A DNA stretch of 64,000 nt from the human T2T-CHM13v2.0 reference genome, Homo sapiens. The translations under genes were made by a program, and so were the position numbers. Under the pieces are notes generated by a model. That model saw nothing but the letters and a program-made list of their open reading frames with translations, did no database searches and was not told the DNA's origin. Where the stretch lies: assembly GCF_009914755.1 (NCBI RefSeq), contig NC_060945.1; one strand, written 5' to 3'. Below, in pieces: positions 1 through 13,899 of this stretch (position 1 is its first letter; each line of letters opens with the position of its first letter).

Positions 1-615
1 TAATTTCCAGCTTTACTGAGGTACAATTAACAAATAAAAATCATATATTTTAAGGAGTACTATGTGATAATTTGGTGTGCATATGCATTGTGTAAAGATT
101 ACAACAATTAAATTAACACGTTCATCACCACACATCGTTACTCTTGTGTGTGTGGAGGGTGAGGACACTTAAGATCTACTCTTTTTGCAGATTTCAAGTA
201 AAGAGTACAGTATTGTTACCTATAAAAATTAGATCCCCAGAACTGATTCATCTTATAACTGAAAGTTCCTACTTTTTGAGCAACATGTGAGATCATGTAG
301 TATTTGTTTTTCTGCATCTGGCTTTTCCATTTAGCACAGTGTTCTCCAGGTTCATCCAAGTTGTCACAAATGGCAGGATTTCCTTCTTTTAAATGTCCGA
401 ATAATATTAAATTATATATGTATATCTGTACAGTATATATTAGTTTGGTGAAAATGTAATTGCTGTTTTTGCCATTACTTTAATATATGTGTATATGTAT
501 TGTATATATGTGTATATTTGTGCATATGTACATATATATGTATACACACACCATATTTTCTTCATCCATCAATGAACACTTAGGTTGTTTCCGTATCTTA
601 GCTACTGTGAATAGA
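1..615 (-). mobile_element. L1M (L1MA/MB-type) 3' end fragment
   Basis: Typical antisense L1M 3'UTR: 'ctttactgaggtacaattaacaaataaaa', 'gtgagatcatgtagtatttg', 'ttcatccaagttgtcacaaatggcaggatttcc', 'ttaggttgtttccgtatcttagctactgtgaata'. An internal deletion appears at about 285. Confidence 0.8.
440..484. mobile_element. MADE1 (Hsmar1-derived MITE) half-element in a TA run
   Basis: 'ttagtttggtgaaaatgtaattgctgtttttgccattactttaat' matches one arm of MADE1, as does the copy at 5561. Confidence 0.75.
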
Positions 616-674
616 TCATTCTTTTCTGTTTAGATGACACTTGCCCTTCTACTCACTAATTCAGTAACCTTTTT

Positions 675-820
675 TGGGAGGTAACTTAACAATTTGCCCT
701 GCTTGCATCATATGTAAAATAGGGGTGGTAAAAATAGTTCGCTTACAGCATTGTTGTAGTAATTAAGTAACTTACTATGTGGAAATGTTCAGAGCTACAC
801 ATAATGATGAATAAGTATCT
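675..820 (+). mobile_element. MIR fragment
   Basis: MIR core-like 'catcatatgtaaaataggggtggtaaaaatag...ttgttgtagtaattaagtaa'. Confidence 0.5.
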
Positions 821-1169
821 TCTTTTGTTAACCTTTGATTGCAAAGTTTGATCTAACATGTTTTGTTTGATGGTCAGGACCACAAAACCCCCTCACACCT
901 TACACATATTTATTACAAAAGTACTCAGGAGAGATCAGTCAACTCCGATGACAAGTGATTTTTGTTTCTATTCTGAGGTTTTGTTGCCTGTTGAAAGAAT
1001 GTGACCAGGTGTATTTCCTAAGATATATAAGGAGTCACATATAAAATTCCGAGATTCCAGGTACCATAATTCAAATTTAGACCAATGTCATAGCATTGCT
1101 TCTACTCTGGTGCCAAATAAGCTTCCCAGATGGCCCATCCATGAACCTGGCTCTGATTTTTAATAGAGT

Positions 1170-1300
1170 TAGTGTGATATTTTGGAAAGAAAATTGGATT
1201 TGGAGTTAAGCAACCAAGTTTGAACCCTAACTCAGAAATTACTTAGCTGTCTAAATTTGGGACAAGTTACTTAACTTGGCTGAGTTTCCATCAGGATAAA
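1170..1300 (+). mobile_element. MIR fragment
   Basis: 'ggatttggagttaagcaaccaagtttgaaccctaactc...ttacttagctgt...ttgggacaagttacttaactt...tgagtttccatc'. Confidence 0.7.
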
Positions 1301-1939
1301 GGTGATAAAACAAGAATCTTGTAATGATTCTGAAACTTACAGGGAACATAAGTAGGGCAAATAACTCAGTGCTTGGTCTTTCTATTTACCATACTTATGT
1401 TTCTCTCTCTTCTTTTTGATATCAGTGACTTGGTTTTTCTTGAAGAAGCCACATCTTCCTCACTCCCTGTTTAGGCAGTGCAAGGGATCTATAGCAATCT
1501 TGAGCAATGCCACATGCCTAGGCCACCAGCTTTATGAGCACTCTCCCTGTGACTTTTGCAAGAACTAGCGGAGGAGACATTCTGTATGCCATGGAGTGGC
1601 CCAGCTAGTGGGGAGGCCCTATTTTCCACCACTCTGAAAATTTGTCTGAAAATGAAATCAACTCAAAGAATAAAACATATCTGAGCTGCAAGAGCAAGAG
1701 TGATGCCAATCATTCCAGAAGACAAGTTTACCACATGGTTGGAATTAGTCAATAAATTCCTTTTTGTTAGTTAAAAAAAAGTTTCTATATTTTGTAATCA
1801 GTTTTAGTTGCCTCTTACTTTTTGCAAACTGAAATATTCCTGGAAAATATAGTAGCTAATCAATAGTGGAGGGATATATTTATTATTAGTCTATCTCTCA
1901 AATATTAGAGCCCCAAAAAGCAGAAGCCAATATCAATGA

Positions 1940-2167
1940 CCTGGACCATCAGCTTTTTCAGGGTCTCAAGCCTGCTGCCTTTAGACTGGAACAGCACCAT
2001 AAGCCCTTGTGGGTCTCCAGCCTGCTAGTTCACTCTGCAGCCTTATCAGGCTCCATAATCAAGTGAGCCAATTCCTTGTAATAAAAATTTGTGTGTGTAC
2101 ACACACACACACACACCCCCTATTAGCTCTGTTTGGTTCTATTTATCTGGAGAACATTGACTACGCA
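1940..2167 (+). mobile_element. MLT2-type (ERVL) LTR 3' part containing a (CA)n tract
   Basis: 'gggtctccagcctgc', 'ctccataatcaagtgagccaattccttgtaataaa', 'ggttctatttatctggagaacattgact'. Confidence 0.7.
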
Positions 2168-2398
2168 AAGCCCTACTTCTCAAGGTACACGTTTCATTGC
2201 AACAGAATGAGTTTCCAAAAAATCAGGCTCTTCAATTTTGCATGCCAATATAGGCCTCCTAAAAATGAATTTTTATTCCATTCGTTTCAACAACTATTAA
2301 AATCATTAATGGCTTTTTATTGTTAATGAAACTGCAGCATGGCTAATAAAAACTTAGTAGAAGAAATTTACAATCTCTAGAGAAAAGACATTTACTAC

Positions 2399-2859
2399 TT
2401 ATTATGGATATTATACTCCCCAAAGAAATAGGTTGAACCCCTAACTCCCAGCAGCTCGGAATGAGATGCTGTTTAGGAATACAGCCATTGCAGTTAAATT
2501 AATATGAGGTCATATTGGAGTAGGGTGATCTCTTGATCCAATATGACAAGTGTTTTTATAAGAAAAGTGAAAACAATGTAAAGACAAACACAGGAGGAGA
2601 GATCTCCATTGGCAATGGAGGCAGAAAATGAGGTGTTAACAGCTGTAAGCCAAGGAACTACAAGGATTGCCAGCAAACCACCACAATTTAGGAAACAGCA
2701 AGGAAGAATTCTCCCCTACAGGTTTCAGAGGAAGAATGGCCCTGCAGACATCTTGATTTTGGACTCTGATGCTTCAGAACTATAAAAGAGCAATTTTCTA
2801 TTGTGTTAAGCCATGTAGTTTACTGTGCATTGTTATGGCAGCTCTGGGAAACTAATCAC
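2399..2859 (+). mobile_element. MLT1B/C-type MaLR LTR
   Basis: 'gaggtcatattggagtagggtg', 'aagccaaggaac...ggattgccagcaaaccacca', 'cttcagaactataaaagagcaattttctattgtgttaagcca', ending 'gcagctctgggaaactaatca'. Confidence 0.8.
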
Positions 2860-3165
2860 TGCCCAAGTAATATTTGTTCATTTCATTTTTTTAGATTTTA
2901 CATCTAAAGTTACTCTATTTATAAGAACAGGATTTGGATGAATTTCTATAAGTTGTGGTATATTTTTTAAATAAATCTTAATTTTTACTACTATGGGGCA
3001 AAGAATAATTTTATATGAAACCAAAGTGAAGGTAGCTGAAAGTAATAGTAGCAATCTAAATTATCATGTCATTTTGTATATTATCTCCCAAAGAAAAATA
3101 CATGGATGCCATTTTGAGAGTATAGAAGTAGCCAATATAGTTACCTACTGACTGTCATTTCAGTC

Positions 3166-3298
3166 AAAAGTACCGGGTACTAGGCTTATTACCTGAGTGA
3201 CAAAATAATCTGTACACCAGACCCCCATGACACAAAATTTACCCATATGACAAACCTGCACGTGTGTTCCCAAACCTAAAATGAAAGTTTTAAAAAAA
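3166..3298 (+). mobile_element. L1P (old L1PA/PB) extreme 3' end
   Basis: 'gggtactaggcttattacctgagtgacaaaataatctgtacacc...aaacctgcacgtgtgttcccaaacctaaaatgaaagtt' followed by an A tail. Confidence 0.8.
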
Positions 3299-3714
3299 GT
3301 GTTCTTTGTGATAAAGACTATAACCAACTCAATTCAATTTATTTTGATATTGAGAGCTTTATACAAAGTATCAAAATATCTAACAGAGAAATAAAACAAT
3401 GAGAACTATGTTATTTTATTTTGAAGTACCTTACAAGGACCAAGAGAAGATCCTTGTAAGATAAGAAAGAAAATCAGTATCAAAAATTGCTTTTAAATTA
3501 AATAAATATCCTTAACATTCTTTCTTTGCAGAAGGGGCATTCGGGGGAAAGTGAACACATTTGTACCTGTAATTAATATATTTGAAAGGTATTAAAGAAT
3601 AGTTAAATAAAATATTCTGCAAGAGAGAAATTCTGTTTCAAAAATCTGACACATCTTTGTTTCCTCTTTTTATTTCAAGCCCCACATTTAATTGAAGAGT
3701 ATATACTATTGATT

Positions 3715-4155
3715 TCAAAATATATCAAAATTAAGCCACCTCTCTCTGCACTCCACTTCTGTGCCAAGCCACTATTGTCTCTTATATGAGACAACAACCT
3801 TCTGGTGTTTAAGCCATCCAGTTTGTAGTAGTTGGTTACACCAGCTTCTTAATGAGTTTTAACCTGACCTTCCTATTTTAAAATTTCTACATCTAGTACC
3901 CCAACCCCACACTGACCCTGTTTACCCTGCTCTATTTTTCCATAGCATTCAATATAATTTGCTTTTTAAATGTTAATTGCTTAATATCTTCTTTCTTCAA
4001 CTAGAATACAAGTTGTACAAAGTCAGATGTTTTTGGTGCTTTCACAGTTGTACAGCAAGCGCTTTGCCTAAAGCTTTATATGAAGTAAGTGCTTTGCTTA
4101 AAGCTTGGTATGAAGTAACTAAGTACTCAATATACTTGCTAAATGAATGAATTAA
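3715..4155 (+). mobile_element. L2 3' region (degraded)
   Basis: L2 3' end motifs 'ctagaatacaagttg' and 'aagtactcaatatacttgctaaatgaatgaatt'. Confidence 0.6.
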
Positions 4156-4639
4156 TTACTACAATGTAATATATTCTACATTTCAGTTTGAATAAAGAAT
4201 ACTGTGAGATATTTCAGTGTCACAGTATGGTATACTGGAGTGACTTGTGAATTTGTTATCGTAACAGTTGGAAATGACCATGCGATGCCATTGTGCAGGC
4301 ATATATAAAATTAAATAGATTAAGGAACAATTTGGTTACAATATTTTAGTAACAAACTATCATTTCTAGATAATAAAAGAAGGTAGAATTTCTGACAGGT
4401 TATGAAGCAGCTCTATAGTATTATCCATCAAGGACTAACAAGTAATAACTCCTCCTAGTGTTAGTCAATGCTGTTCTAGGATCTGAAGCGATAATTATAA
4501 CATGAAATACTGGTCCCTGGGTCCACATGTCTCTTGATCTGTCTAAGTGAAAAACAATTAACAATAAAGCAAATTACAAAGCAAATAACTGTGTGATAAG
4601 AACCAAGAGAACTAAAACAAATACATTATTACAGTTCAA

Positions 4640-4935
4640 AAGCTGGAAAGGATGAAAAGAAGTTGATGGATGGGTACAAATATACACTTAGAAGAAATAA
4701 GACTTGATGTTTGATAGATCAGTAGGGTGACTATAGCTATCATTAATCAATTAACCATTACAAAATAGCAAGAAGAGAAAAATATAAATATTCCTAGCCT
4801 AAAGAAAAGATAAATTTTTAAGATGATGGATATATCAATTGTCCTGTTCTGGTAATATGCATGTATAAAGTCATCACATGTACACTGGAAATATGTCCCT
4901 GTAATATGTATTAATTTAAAAAATACAATTATAAA
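4640..4935 (+). mobile_element. L1MA-type 3' end
   Basis: 'gatgggtacaaatatacacttagaagaaataagac...tagggtgactatag...catcacatgtacactggaaatatg'. Confidence 0.7.
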
Positions 4936-5152
4936 AGCTGTAAAAAGTCATTATTGAAGAAGTGAAATGAAATGGATCCTGAAAAAAATTCCTAAAAGCT
5001 ATATTCAAGATACACCAGAAGGACTGGTTCATAATTCTGTTTCATCCATTGTATAGACTTAGAATCATTCACAGAAGCAAAGGTATACAAGTCAGAAATG
5101 GCACTATAAATTTTATATGTACAGAAAAAGATTAAAATTGGAGAAATGTAAA

Positions 5153-5449
5153 TTTTTTTTTTTTTTTTTGAGACAGAGTCTCACTGTCGCCCAGGTTGGA
5201 GTGCAGTGGCACGACCTCGGCTCACTGCAAGCTCCGCCCCCAGGGGTTCACGCCATTCTCCTGTCTCAGCCTCCAGAGTAGCTGGGACTGCAGGCGCCCG
5301 CCACCTCGCCCGGCTAATTTTTTGTATTTTTAGTAGAGACGGGGTTTCACTGTGTTAGCCAGGATGGTCTCGATCTCCTGACCTCGTGATCCTCCCGCCT
5401 CGGCCTCCCAAAGTGCTGGGATTACAGGCATGAGCCACCGCGCCCGGCT
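5153..5449 (-). mobile_element. AluY (AluYe-like)
   Basis: Full-length Alu with TSD ggagaaatgtaaattt (5140-5155 and 5450-5465). AluY motifs are present, plus sense-strand GGCGAGGTGG, GAACCCCTGGGGGCGG and GACAGTGAGAC variants that I recall from AluYe. Confidence 0.92.
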
Positions 5450-5560
5450 GGAGAAATGTAAATTTTGAAAGCATAATGTATAGCTGTAGCTTAACAAATA
5501 GTGGCACATTTATATTGACCAGATGAAATTGAGGTAATATAAAAATATACACATGAGATA

Positions 5561-5950
<390 letters not shown>

Positions 5951-6112
5951 TATATTATTATATAAATATGTGCCTGTGTATTCTGATCCAAACTCAACAG
6001 CAAAGAAAAAATTTGATATGTATTTTGATTCATCGAGACCAGTAAGTGGTCAAAATTTACTTTGTGAGTGTGTATGATTTCATTAACATGAAATAGTATT
6101 TATTTATTTTAA

Positions 6113-6429
<317 letters not shown>

Positions 6430-6449
6430 TTTAGTATTGGTATTACTAT

Positions 6450-7277
6450 TTTTTAAAATAATTTTAACTTTTATTTTAGATTCAGGGAACACATGTGCAG
6501 GTTTGTTACATGGGTATATTGCATGATGCTGAGATTTGGGATATGAGGGATCCTGGCACACAGGTAGTGAGCATAGGACCCAATAGTTAGTTTTTCAACT
6601 TTTTCACTGTCTCCCCCTCTCCCATGTAGTTGTCCCCAGTATCTATTGTTGCAATCTTTGTGTCCATGAGTACTTAATATTCAGCTCCCACTTATAAGCG
6701 AGAACACGTGGTATTTGGTTTTCTGATCTGTATTAAGCAATTTATGATAACGACCTCTAGCTGCACCCATGTTGCTGCAAAAGAAATAATTTCATTTTTA
6801 AGGCTGGGTGGTATTCAATGATGTATATGCACTACATTTTTATTATCTAATCTACTGCTGATGGGCACCTGGGTTGATTCCATGTTTTTGCAATTGTGAA
6901 TAATGCTGCAATGAACATGTGAGTGCATGTGTATTTTTGGTAGAATGATTTATTTTATTTTTTTTGATATATACCCAGTAATGGGGTTGCCGGGTTGAAT
7001 GGTCATTCTAAATCCTTTGAGAAATCTCAAAACTGATTTCCACAGTGGCTGGACTAATTTACATTCCTACCAACGGTGTATAAGTCTTCTCTTTTCTCTG
7101 CAACCTCACAGGCATATGATATTTTTTGACTTTTTAATAATAGCCAATCTGATAGGTGTGAGATGGCATTCCATTGTGGTTTTGATTTGCATTTCTTTGA
7201 TGATTACTGATATGGAGCATTTTTTCATATGTTTGCTCATCACTTGTATGTCTTCTTGTGAGAACTGTCTGTTCTTC
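6450..7277 (-). mobile_element. L1PA15/16- or L1PB-like 3' portion
   Basis: 'ttttattttagattcagggaacacatgtgcaggtttgttacatgggtatattgcatgatgctgag' through the ORF2 C-terminal antisense 'ccattgtggttttgatttgcatttc'. Confidence 0.88.
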
Positions 7278-7386
7278 TCTTGAGTATATACCCAAAGAAA
7301 ATAAAAATCACCATTTTGTAAAACATATCTGCCCTCCCATGTTTATTCAGCATTATTCACAATAACCAAAATACAGAAGGAACTTA

Positions 7387-7688
<302 letters not shown>

Positions 7689-7734
7689 GAAGCAACTTAA
7701 ATGTCAATTGACAAAATATGTGTAAAGTAACTCT

Positions 7735-7735
<1 letters not shown>

Positions 7736-7771
<36 letters not shown>
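7736..7771. repeat. (TG)n microsatellite
   Basis: Pure TG run. Confidence 0.95.
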
Positions 7772-7774
<3 letters not shown>

Positions 7775-8450
7775 CATATAATCATATATATAAAATGACT
7801 ATTATTCAGCCTTTAAAAAGGAGATCCTGACATTGGCCACAAAATGGATAAACCTGGAGGACATTATGCTAAGTAAGCCAAACACAGAAAGAAAAATATT
7901 GCATTATCTCATATGTGGAATCTATTTCTTTTAAAAGGGCAAATATACAGACACAGAATAAAACAGTGGTAACCAGGGATTGAATGGAGAAGGAAAGTGG
8001 AGGATGTATGTCAAAGGATACAAAGTTGCAGATACATAGGATGAAGAAGGCTAGAGATCAACATGAAGATGTGAAAAAGACTATAGTTAATAATATTGTA
8101 GTTTTCGGGATCTTTGCTAAATGAATAGATTTTAGCCGTTCTTAGCACACAAAAAAATAAATAGCTATGTGAGATGATAGATATTTTAATTTGCTTTATT
8201 ATACTGACCATTTTACTATGTGTATCTCACATCGTGTTGCATACACCTTAAATATCCACAACACGATTTACTTAACAAATAAAATAAACCAATGTTTATT
8301 CAAAAACCAAAAAAGAAAATAGACATGAAAACTCCATTTTATGTATTTAACAGCAGATTAGACACAGGTGAAGAGAAAATTAATCAGTAGAAAGATAGGT
8401 CAAAAGTAAACATTCAGGTAGAAGCATAAGCAATTAAAAGAAGGAAAACG

Positions 8451-8785
8451 GGCCAAGCGTGGTGACTTATGCTTGTAATTCCAATGCTTTGGGAAGGCTA
8501 AGACGGGCAGATTGCCTGAGGCCCAGAGTTTGAGACAAGCCTGGCCAACACTGTGAAACCCCTCCTCTACTAAAAACACACACAAAAATTTTGCTCAGCA
8601 TGAGTCCCAAGTAGCTGGGAGTACAGGCATGTGCCACCATGCCCAGCTATTTTTTCTTGTGAAGCACGAGAATTTCTTGATTCTGGGAGGCGGAAGTTGC
8701 ACTGAGTCGAAATGGTGCCCCTGCACTCCAGACTCGGGGACAGATGGAGACCATGTCTCAAAAATAAATAAATAAAGTAAATAAC
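8451..8785 (+). mobile_element. Diverged AluS-type element with an internal inverted segment
   Basis: TSD aaaagaaggaaaa(c/t)g (8436-8450 and 8786-8800). The left arm and distal right arm are sense; about 8605-8660 is antisense Alu. Confidence 0.9.
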
Positions 8786-9093
8786 AAAAGAAGGAAAATG
8801 TTGACTAGAGGGTAAGAACGCATGTAACATGGTGAAAGTTTCTAACATATATTTAATTAGAGGAAAAGAGTTGAGAATTATTAGGAATCAATTATCAAAT
8901 AGGTCATGTCTGAGAACTGGCAAAGCCTGGAAGTGACATTATGCCACAGACATAAAAATAATAAAATCTTAAGTGGGGGAAACTAAAAAATACCAGACCA
9001 CAAAACATCAAAAAGTATAAAAGAATTGTTGAAAACCAAAGATGCAGAGAAAAACTTAAAAACAGTCAGAAGTCAAGATGAGAGTAGAGATAG

Positions 9094-10115
9094 TGTGTCC
9101 CGAATTGGTGGGTTCTTGGTCTCGGTGACTTCATGAATGAAGCCGCGGACCCTCGCAGTGTTAACAGTTCTTAAAGATGGTCAGGAGTTTGTTCCTTCAG
9201 ATGTTCAGATGTGTCCGGAGTTTTTTCCTTCCGTAGGTTTGTGGTCTCGCTGACTTCAAGAGTGAAGCCGCAGACCTTCGCGGTGAGTGTTACAGCTCTT
9301 AAAGGTGGCGCATCTGGAGTTGTCCGTTCCTTCTGGTGGGTTCATGGTCTCCCTGGCCACAGGAGTGAAGCTGCAGACCTTCGGGGTGAGTGTTACAGCT
9401 CATAAAGGGGGCATGGACCCAAAAAGTCAACAGCAGCAAGATTTATTGCAAACAGCAAAAGAAGAAAGCTACCACAGCATGGAAGGTGACCCGAGGGGAT
9501 TGTGCTGCTGCCTCGGTGGCCTGCTTTTATTCCCTTATATGGCCCCACCCGCATCCTGCTGATTGGTCTATTTTACAGAGAGCTGATCGGTCCATTTTGA
9601 CAGAGTGCTGATTAGTGCGTTTACAAACCTTTAGCTAGACACAGAGTGCCAACTGGTGCGTTTAGTAACCTTTAGCCAGACAGCAAAGTTCTCCAGGTTC
9701 CCACCCAACCCAGAAGCCCAGCCGGCTTCACCTCTCAATAGCGCTCGCCCAGGATTTTACTGCGGCACCTAGTCCAGGCACTCTGGCAGCCCAGAGGGAG
9801 CTCGTCCCCCAATCAAGCCCAGCAGGCTCCAGCCTGCCGCGCCGAGTGCAGGGCCCGCTGAGCCTGGGCCCACCCGGAACCCGCGCCGGCCTGCAAGCGC
9901 CTCGCGCAGCCATGGATCCTGCCCGCGCCTCTCCCCACACACCTCCCCGCCAGCAGAGGGAGCCGGCTCAGGCCTCGGCCAGCCCCAGAGAGGGGCCCCC
10001 ACAGCACAGCGACGGGTCGAAGGGCTCCTGGAACGCGGCCAGAGCGGACGCAGAGGCCAAGGAGGCGCCGAGAGCCCAGAGCGAGCAAGGGCTGCTAGCA
10101 CGTTTTCACCTCTCA
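9094..10115 (-). mobile_element. LTR12-family (HERV9) solo LTR, CpG-rich
   Basis: Starts 'tgtgtcccgaattggtgggttcttggtctc', has repeated 'gtgagtgttacagctc' units and 'ctgattggt' CCAAT repeats, and ends 'cacctctca'. 4-bp TSD atag (9090-9093 and 10116-10119). Confidence 0.93.
9520..9660 (-). promoter_or_regulatory. LTR12 core promoter (CCAAT/NF-Y boxes and AATAAAAG TATA-like element)
   Basis: ctgattggt at 9559-9567, degenerate copies at about 9582, 9608 and 9650, and cttttatt at 9524-9531. The layout matches known LTR12 promoters; activity is not shown. Confidence 0.5.
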
Positions 10116-10683
10116 ATAGGAGGAAGTAAAGGAAATTTTACCTACAAAATAGCAATACTAAGCTTTACAGCTGACATTACAACAGCAACAAGAAAAGGTA
10201 AATTATAATGGAAAGTATTTTCAAATAGTTAAAGGTAATTAACTGCAAATCACTTGGAATTCTCTACCCTCTAAAAAATAATGTCTTCATTACTAACTTC
10301 CACTGTCATTGGAGTTAATTATTCATGTTCCCTCTATGTTTAATGTATACATATTTATTCAGCTAGTTTGTCTATACTTTCCATTCACCATGACAAACAG
10401 GTTTTGTGTTTATATTTGGTTTGATCATCTATCACAAGGGCTACCTTATCATAGGCCTTAATAAATGTTGTTAATCCTATGTATAAGTGCCCAAGAATCT
10501 CTTGACAATAGTCCCTCCTGAAAGTTAATCTTAAAACTCTTCTTTAAATAGGACTAAAATGGAAATACTGATTACCTTTAAGGTGAATCTATTTTTTTCA
10601 TATTAAAAAGATGTAAAGTAATTTAAATGAATGCACATGTCAAAGGCATGTCTTTCAGTGACTCACATGATTATTGGTCCAAT

Positions 10684-11645
<962 letters not shown>

Positions 11646-11889
11646 CAATCCTAGGAACATAAAAAGTACCTGAAGTTTAGTGGCGCCATTCAGAAATCTA
11701 ATTTTCAGGAAGTAGCACTGTGTGCGTGGCCGTGTGTTATGCTTCTTCAATTAGTCCCTTTCTTTAAGTTCATCAGTTCACATTCTCTACTTTTCTAATA
11801 TAATCCATAAAATCAAATTTTATCAGTTACCATAGATATCTTTCTAAAATATAACTTTGGTTTCTTTTCTTTCTTTTGAAATAAAATGC

Positions 11890-12350
11890 ATTTTACTTTT
11901 TATATTTTTATTTTTTAACTTTTATAATGATATAAATGTATACTTACAAGAGTTGCAGAAATAACGCAGAACCCATTTACCTATCCAGCTTCCCAAGTGG
12001 CGTTTACTTATATAATCAAAAAGTGCAATTATAAAAAATAGTTGACATTAATGCAATACTATTAGCCAATCTAGGGATTTTATTCAACTTTTATTCTTTG
12101 TATCACTAATATTCCTTTTCAATTCCAGAATCCAATTCAGGCTCACACATTGAATTTAGTTGGCATATTTCTATAGTTTCCTCTAATATGGAGTATTTTC
12201 TCTGTCTGTCTTGACTTTGAAACTATTGAAGATTACTGGTCAATCATTTTGTAGAATACATATCAATTTGCATTGTCTAATATACACTACAGAAATTATG
12301 CTGTGTTATTATTGCATTAGGAGGTATCTGATGTTGATAATATTACTGGG
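11890..12350 (-). mobile_element. L1MC/ME-type 3' end
   Basis: 'tacttacaagagttgcagaaataa', 'tccagaatccaattcaggctcacacattgaatttagttg', 'ttgaagattactggtcaatcattttgtagaat'. Confidence 0.7.
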
Positions 12351-12429
12351 ATATTTATAAGAGAGAACTATGTGTCCAAAATATGAGGTACATGAATAAA
12401 AGCATTTAGGAATAATCTCTGCAAGCTTC

Positions 12430-12770
12430 TGTACTCCATCAAATTTAAGACGTATTGATTATAAGATGCTTCATTGAATTTACCTGCAATATTTAGAAGA
12501 AAAAAATAATGCTTTCATGAAAAGTACAATGCAATAACTTTCTAACAACTAGAAATGTTACAAAAGTCGAAAATTTTAGTTTGTTTTTATTTAAATAATA
12601 GAAGTGCTGATAACATGAACAGTTATTGACCAGGTTCATAAAGAGTAGTCTGACAGTAGTATATCACCACAACTGCCACCAGACCAGCTGTGATTGGTAT
12701 TCCCTTCTCAGGTTCAGAGATGTTAAAATGGGCAGGGGGGAAGAGGAGAAATAAGTATTTTAGAATAAAA
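12430..12770. mobile_element. Kanga1/MER104-like TcMar DNA transposon remnant
   Basis: Termini 'gtactccatcaaatttaagacgtattgattataagatgc' and 'ttcagagatgttaaaatg...gtattttagaat'. Confidence 0.5.
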
Positions 12771-13516
12771 AAAAAAAGAATAGATTAACACCCTTCAGCA
12801 ATGGTAAGAAGTCACACTTCAGATTGTATACAGTGAAAACTCCTCCTTTTTTTTTTGTTATGGTAGGGGAATAACATGATCATAACATGTTGTTGATATT
12901 ATTACTGGGATGCTTATAAGAGAGGATAATATATCCAGAATATGAGGACGGTTTTATGCACTGGGATATATTACCTTCCCCCAACACCAGGAATGACAAT
13001 AAGGGAAAAAGTTTCTGTTTCTTTGAGTTTGGGGATCATATTGCTAAGAAAAGAAAAGAAAAACAGGACATCTATTTATATGCCTATGCTTACATAGCAC
13101 TATAACCATAGTGCTAAGTTAATAGTCTCCTGCTTTAATGTAAACATTGGGAAAAGCTTAAAACAATTTAGAAAACAAATATAAAGATCCTAAAGCCATG
13201 ATTTTCCAAGCTGGAGGTCACTTTCCCATTTCACAGCCTGGTGTTTCATGGAAATGCTTTATATTCTCCACCCAATGATTAATGAATACAATTACAACAG
13301 TAGGAAATTTAACAAGACAATAGGAAACAAACTTACAATTATGAGTATTCATTTACCAGAGTGGCAGATTTTTACTGTGTAAAGTAAAAAAGTGCATTTC
13401 CAAAAATGTGTAGTATGGCATAGAAAACCTGAATTAATTGTTTTAATTAGAGAATCAATCTAGCAGCTTAGGTTGAAGAAGCAAAGCCATTTCATTGTAT
13501 CTGCATAGACCCACCT

Positions 13517-13630
13517 CTAAGGGAACTGCCTGTGACAATCCTTTATGCCTATTGTCCTGGCATAATTATTAATACCATTCTCTTTCACTGTCACCATTTT
13601 TCCAGTTTGACAATAAGTTATACGCCCATT
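13517..13630 (-). mobile_element. MER81 (hAT-Blackjack)
   Basis: 'tttatgcctattgtcctggcataattattaataccattctctttcactgtca...ccagtttgacaataagttata'. Confidence 0.7.
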
Positions 13631-13899
13631 GAACTGATAACTGAATTTAAGTTGTAAGTAATGTAGAATATGCAATATCAAAAATACATTTATTTTGACA
13701 TTAATTTGCATAAGTGAAAAGCAAGAACCTAAAATTATAAATGTTATATAATAAACTCCCAAAACTTATTTTTAATTTCAAAAATGCATTTATACTCTTG
13801 AGTTTCTTACATTACTTTTATTTTCCATGCTTATTCGAGGTATATGGGATGCCCAGGAATATACCTGTCAAATAGATATAAAAACATAGAGAATCTGGA

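Larger units (their letters stand above)
8340..10280 (+). mobile_element. Old L1M ORF1-region remnant hosting an Alu and LTR12
   Basis: A-rich 'acagcagattagacacaggtgaagagaaaatta...gaaagataggtcaaaag', 'aaaaccaaagatgcagagaaaaacttaaaaacagtcaga', resuming after the LTR with 'acagctgacattacaacagcaaca'. Confidence 0.6.

Noticed and set aside
7270-7290. Back-to-back L1(-)/L1(+) junction as a twin-priming inversion
   Set aside because: Both pieces have their own 3' ends and look like different subfamilies (L1P versus L1MA), so they are independent insertions.
9150-9410. Regularly spaced repeats resembling a CRISPR-like array
   Set aside because: These are the normal tandem units of LTR12 in a primate genome; there are no unique spacers or cas genes.
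9729-9741. Internal 'cacctctcaatag' identical to the LTR12 end plus TSD, suggesting a tandem LTR insertion
   Set aside because: As I recall, an internal tgagaggtga repeat is part of the longer LTR12 subfamily consensus, so the extra atag match needs only about one substitution.
9728-10208. Overlapping GC-rich ORFs and a CpG island suggesting a gene 5' end
   Set aside because: These are explained by the GC-rich U3 of LTR12, where stop codons are rare.
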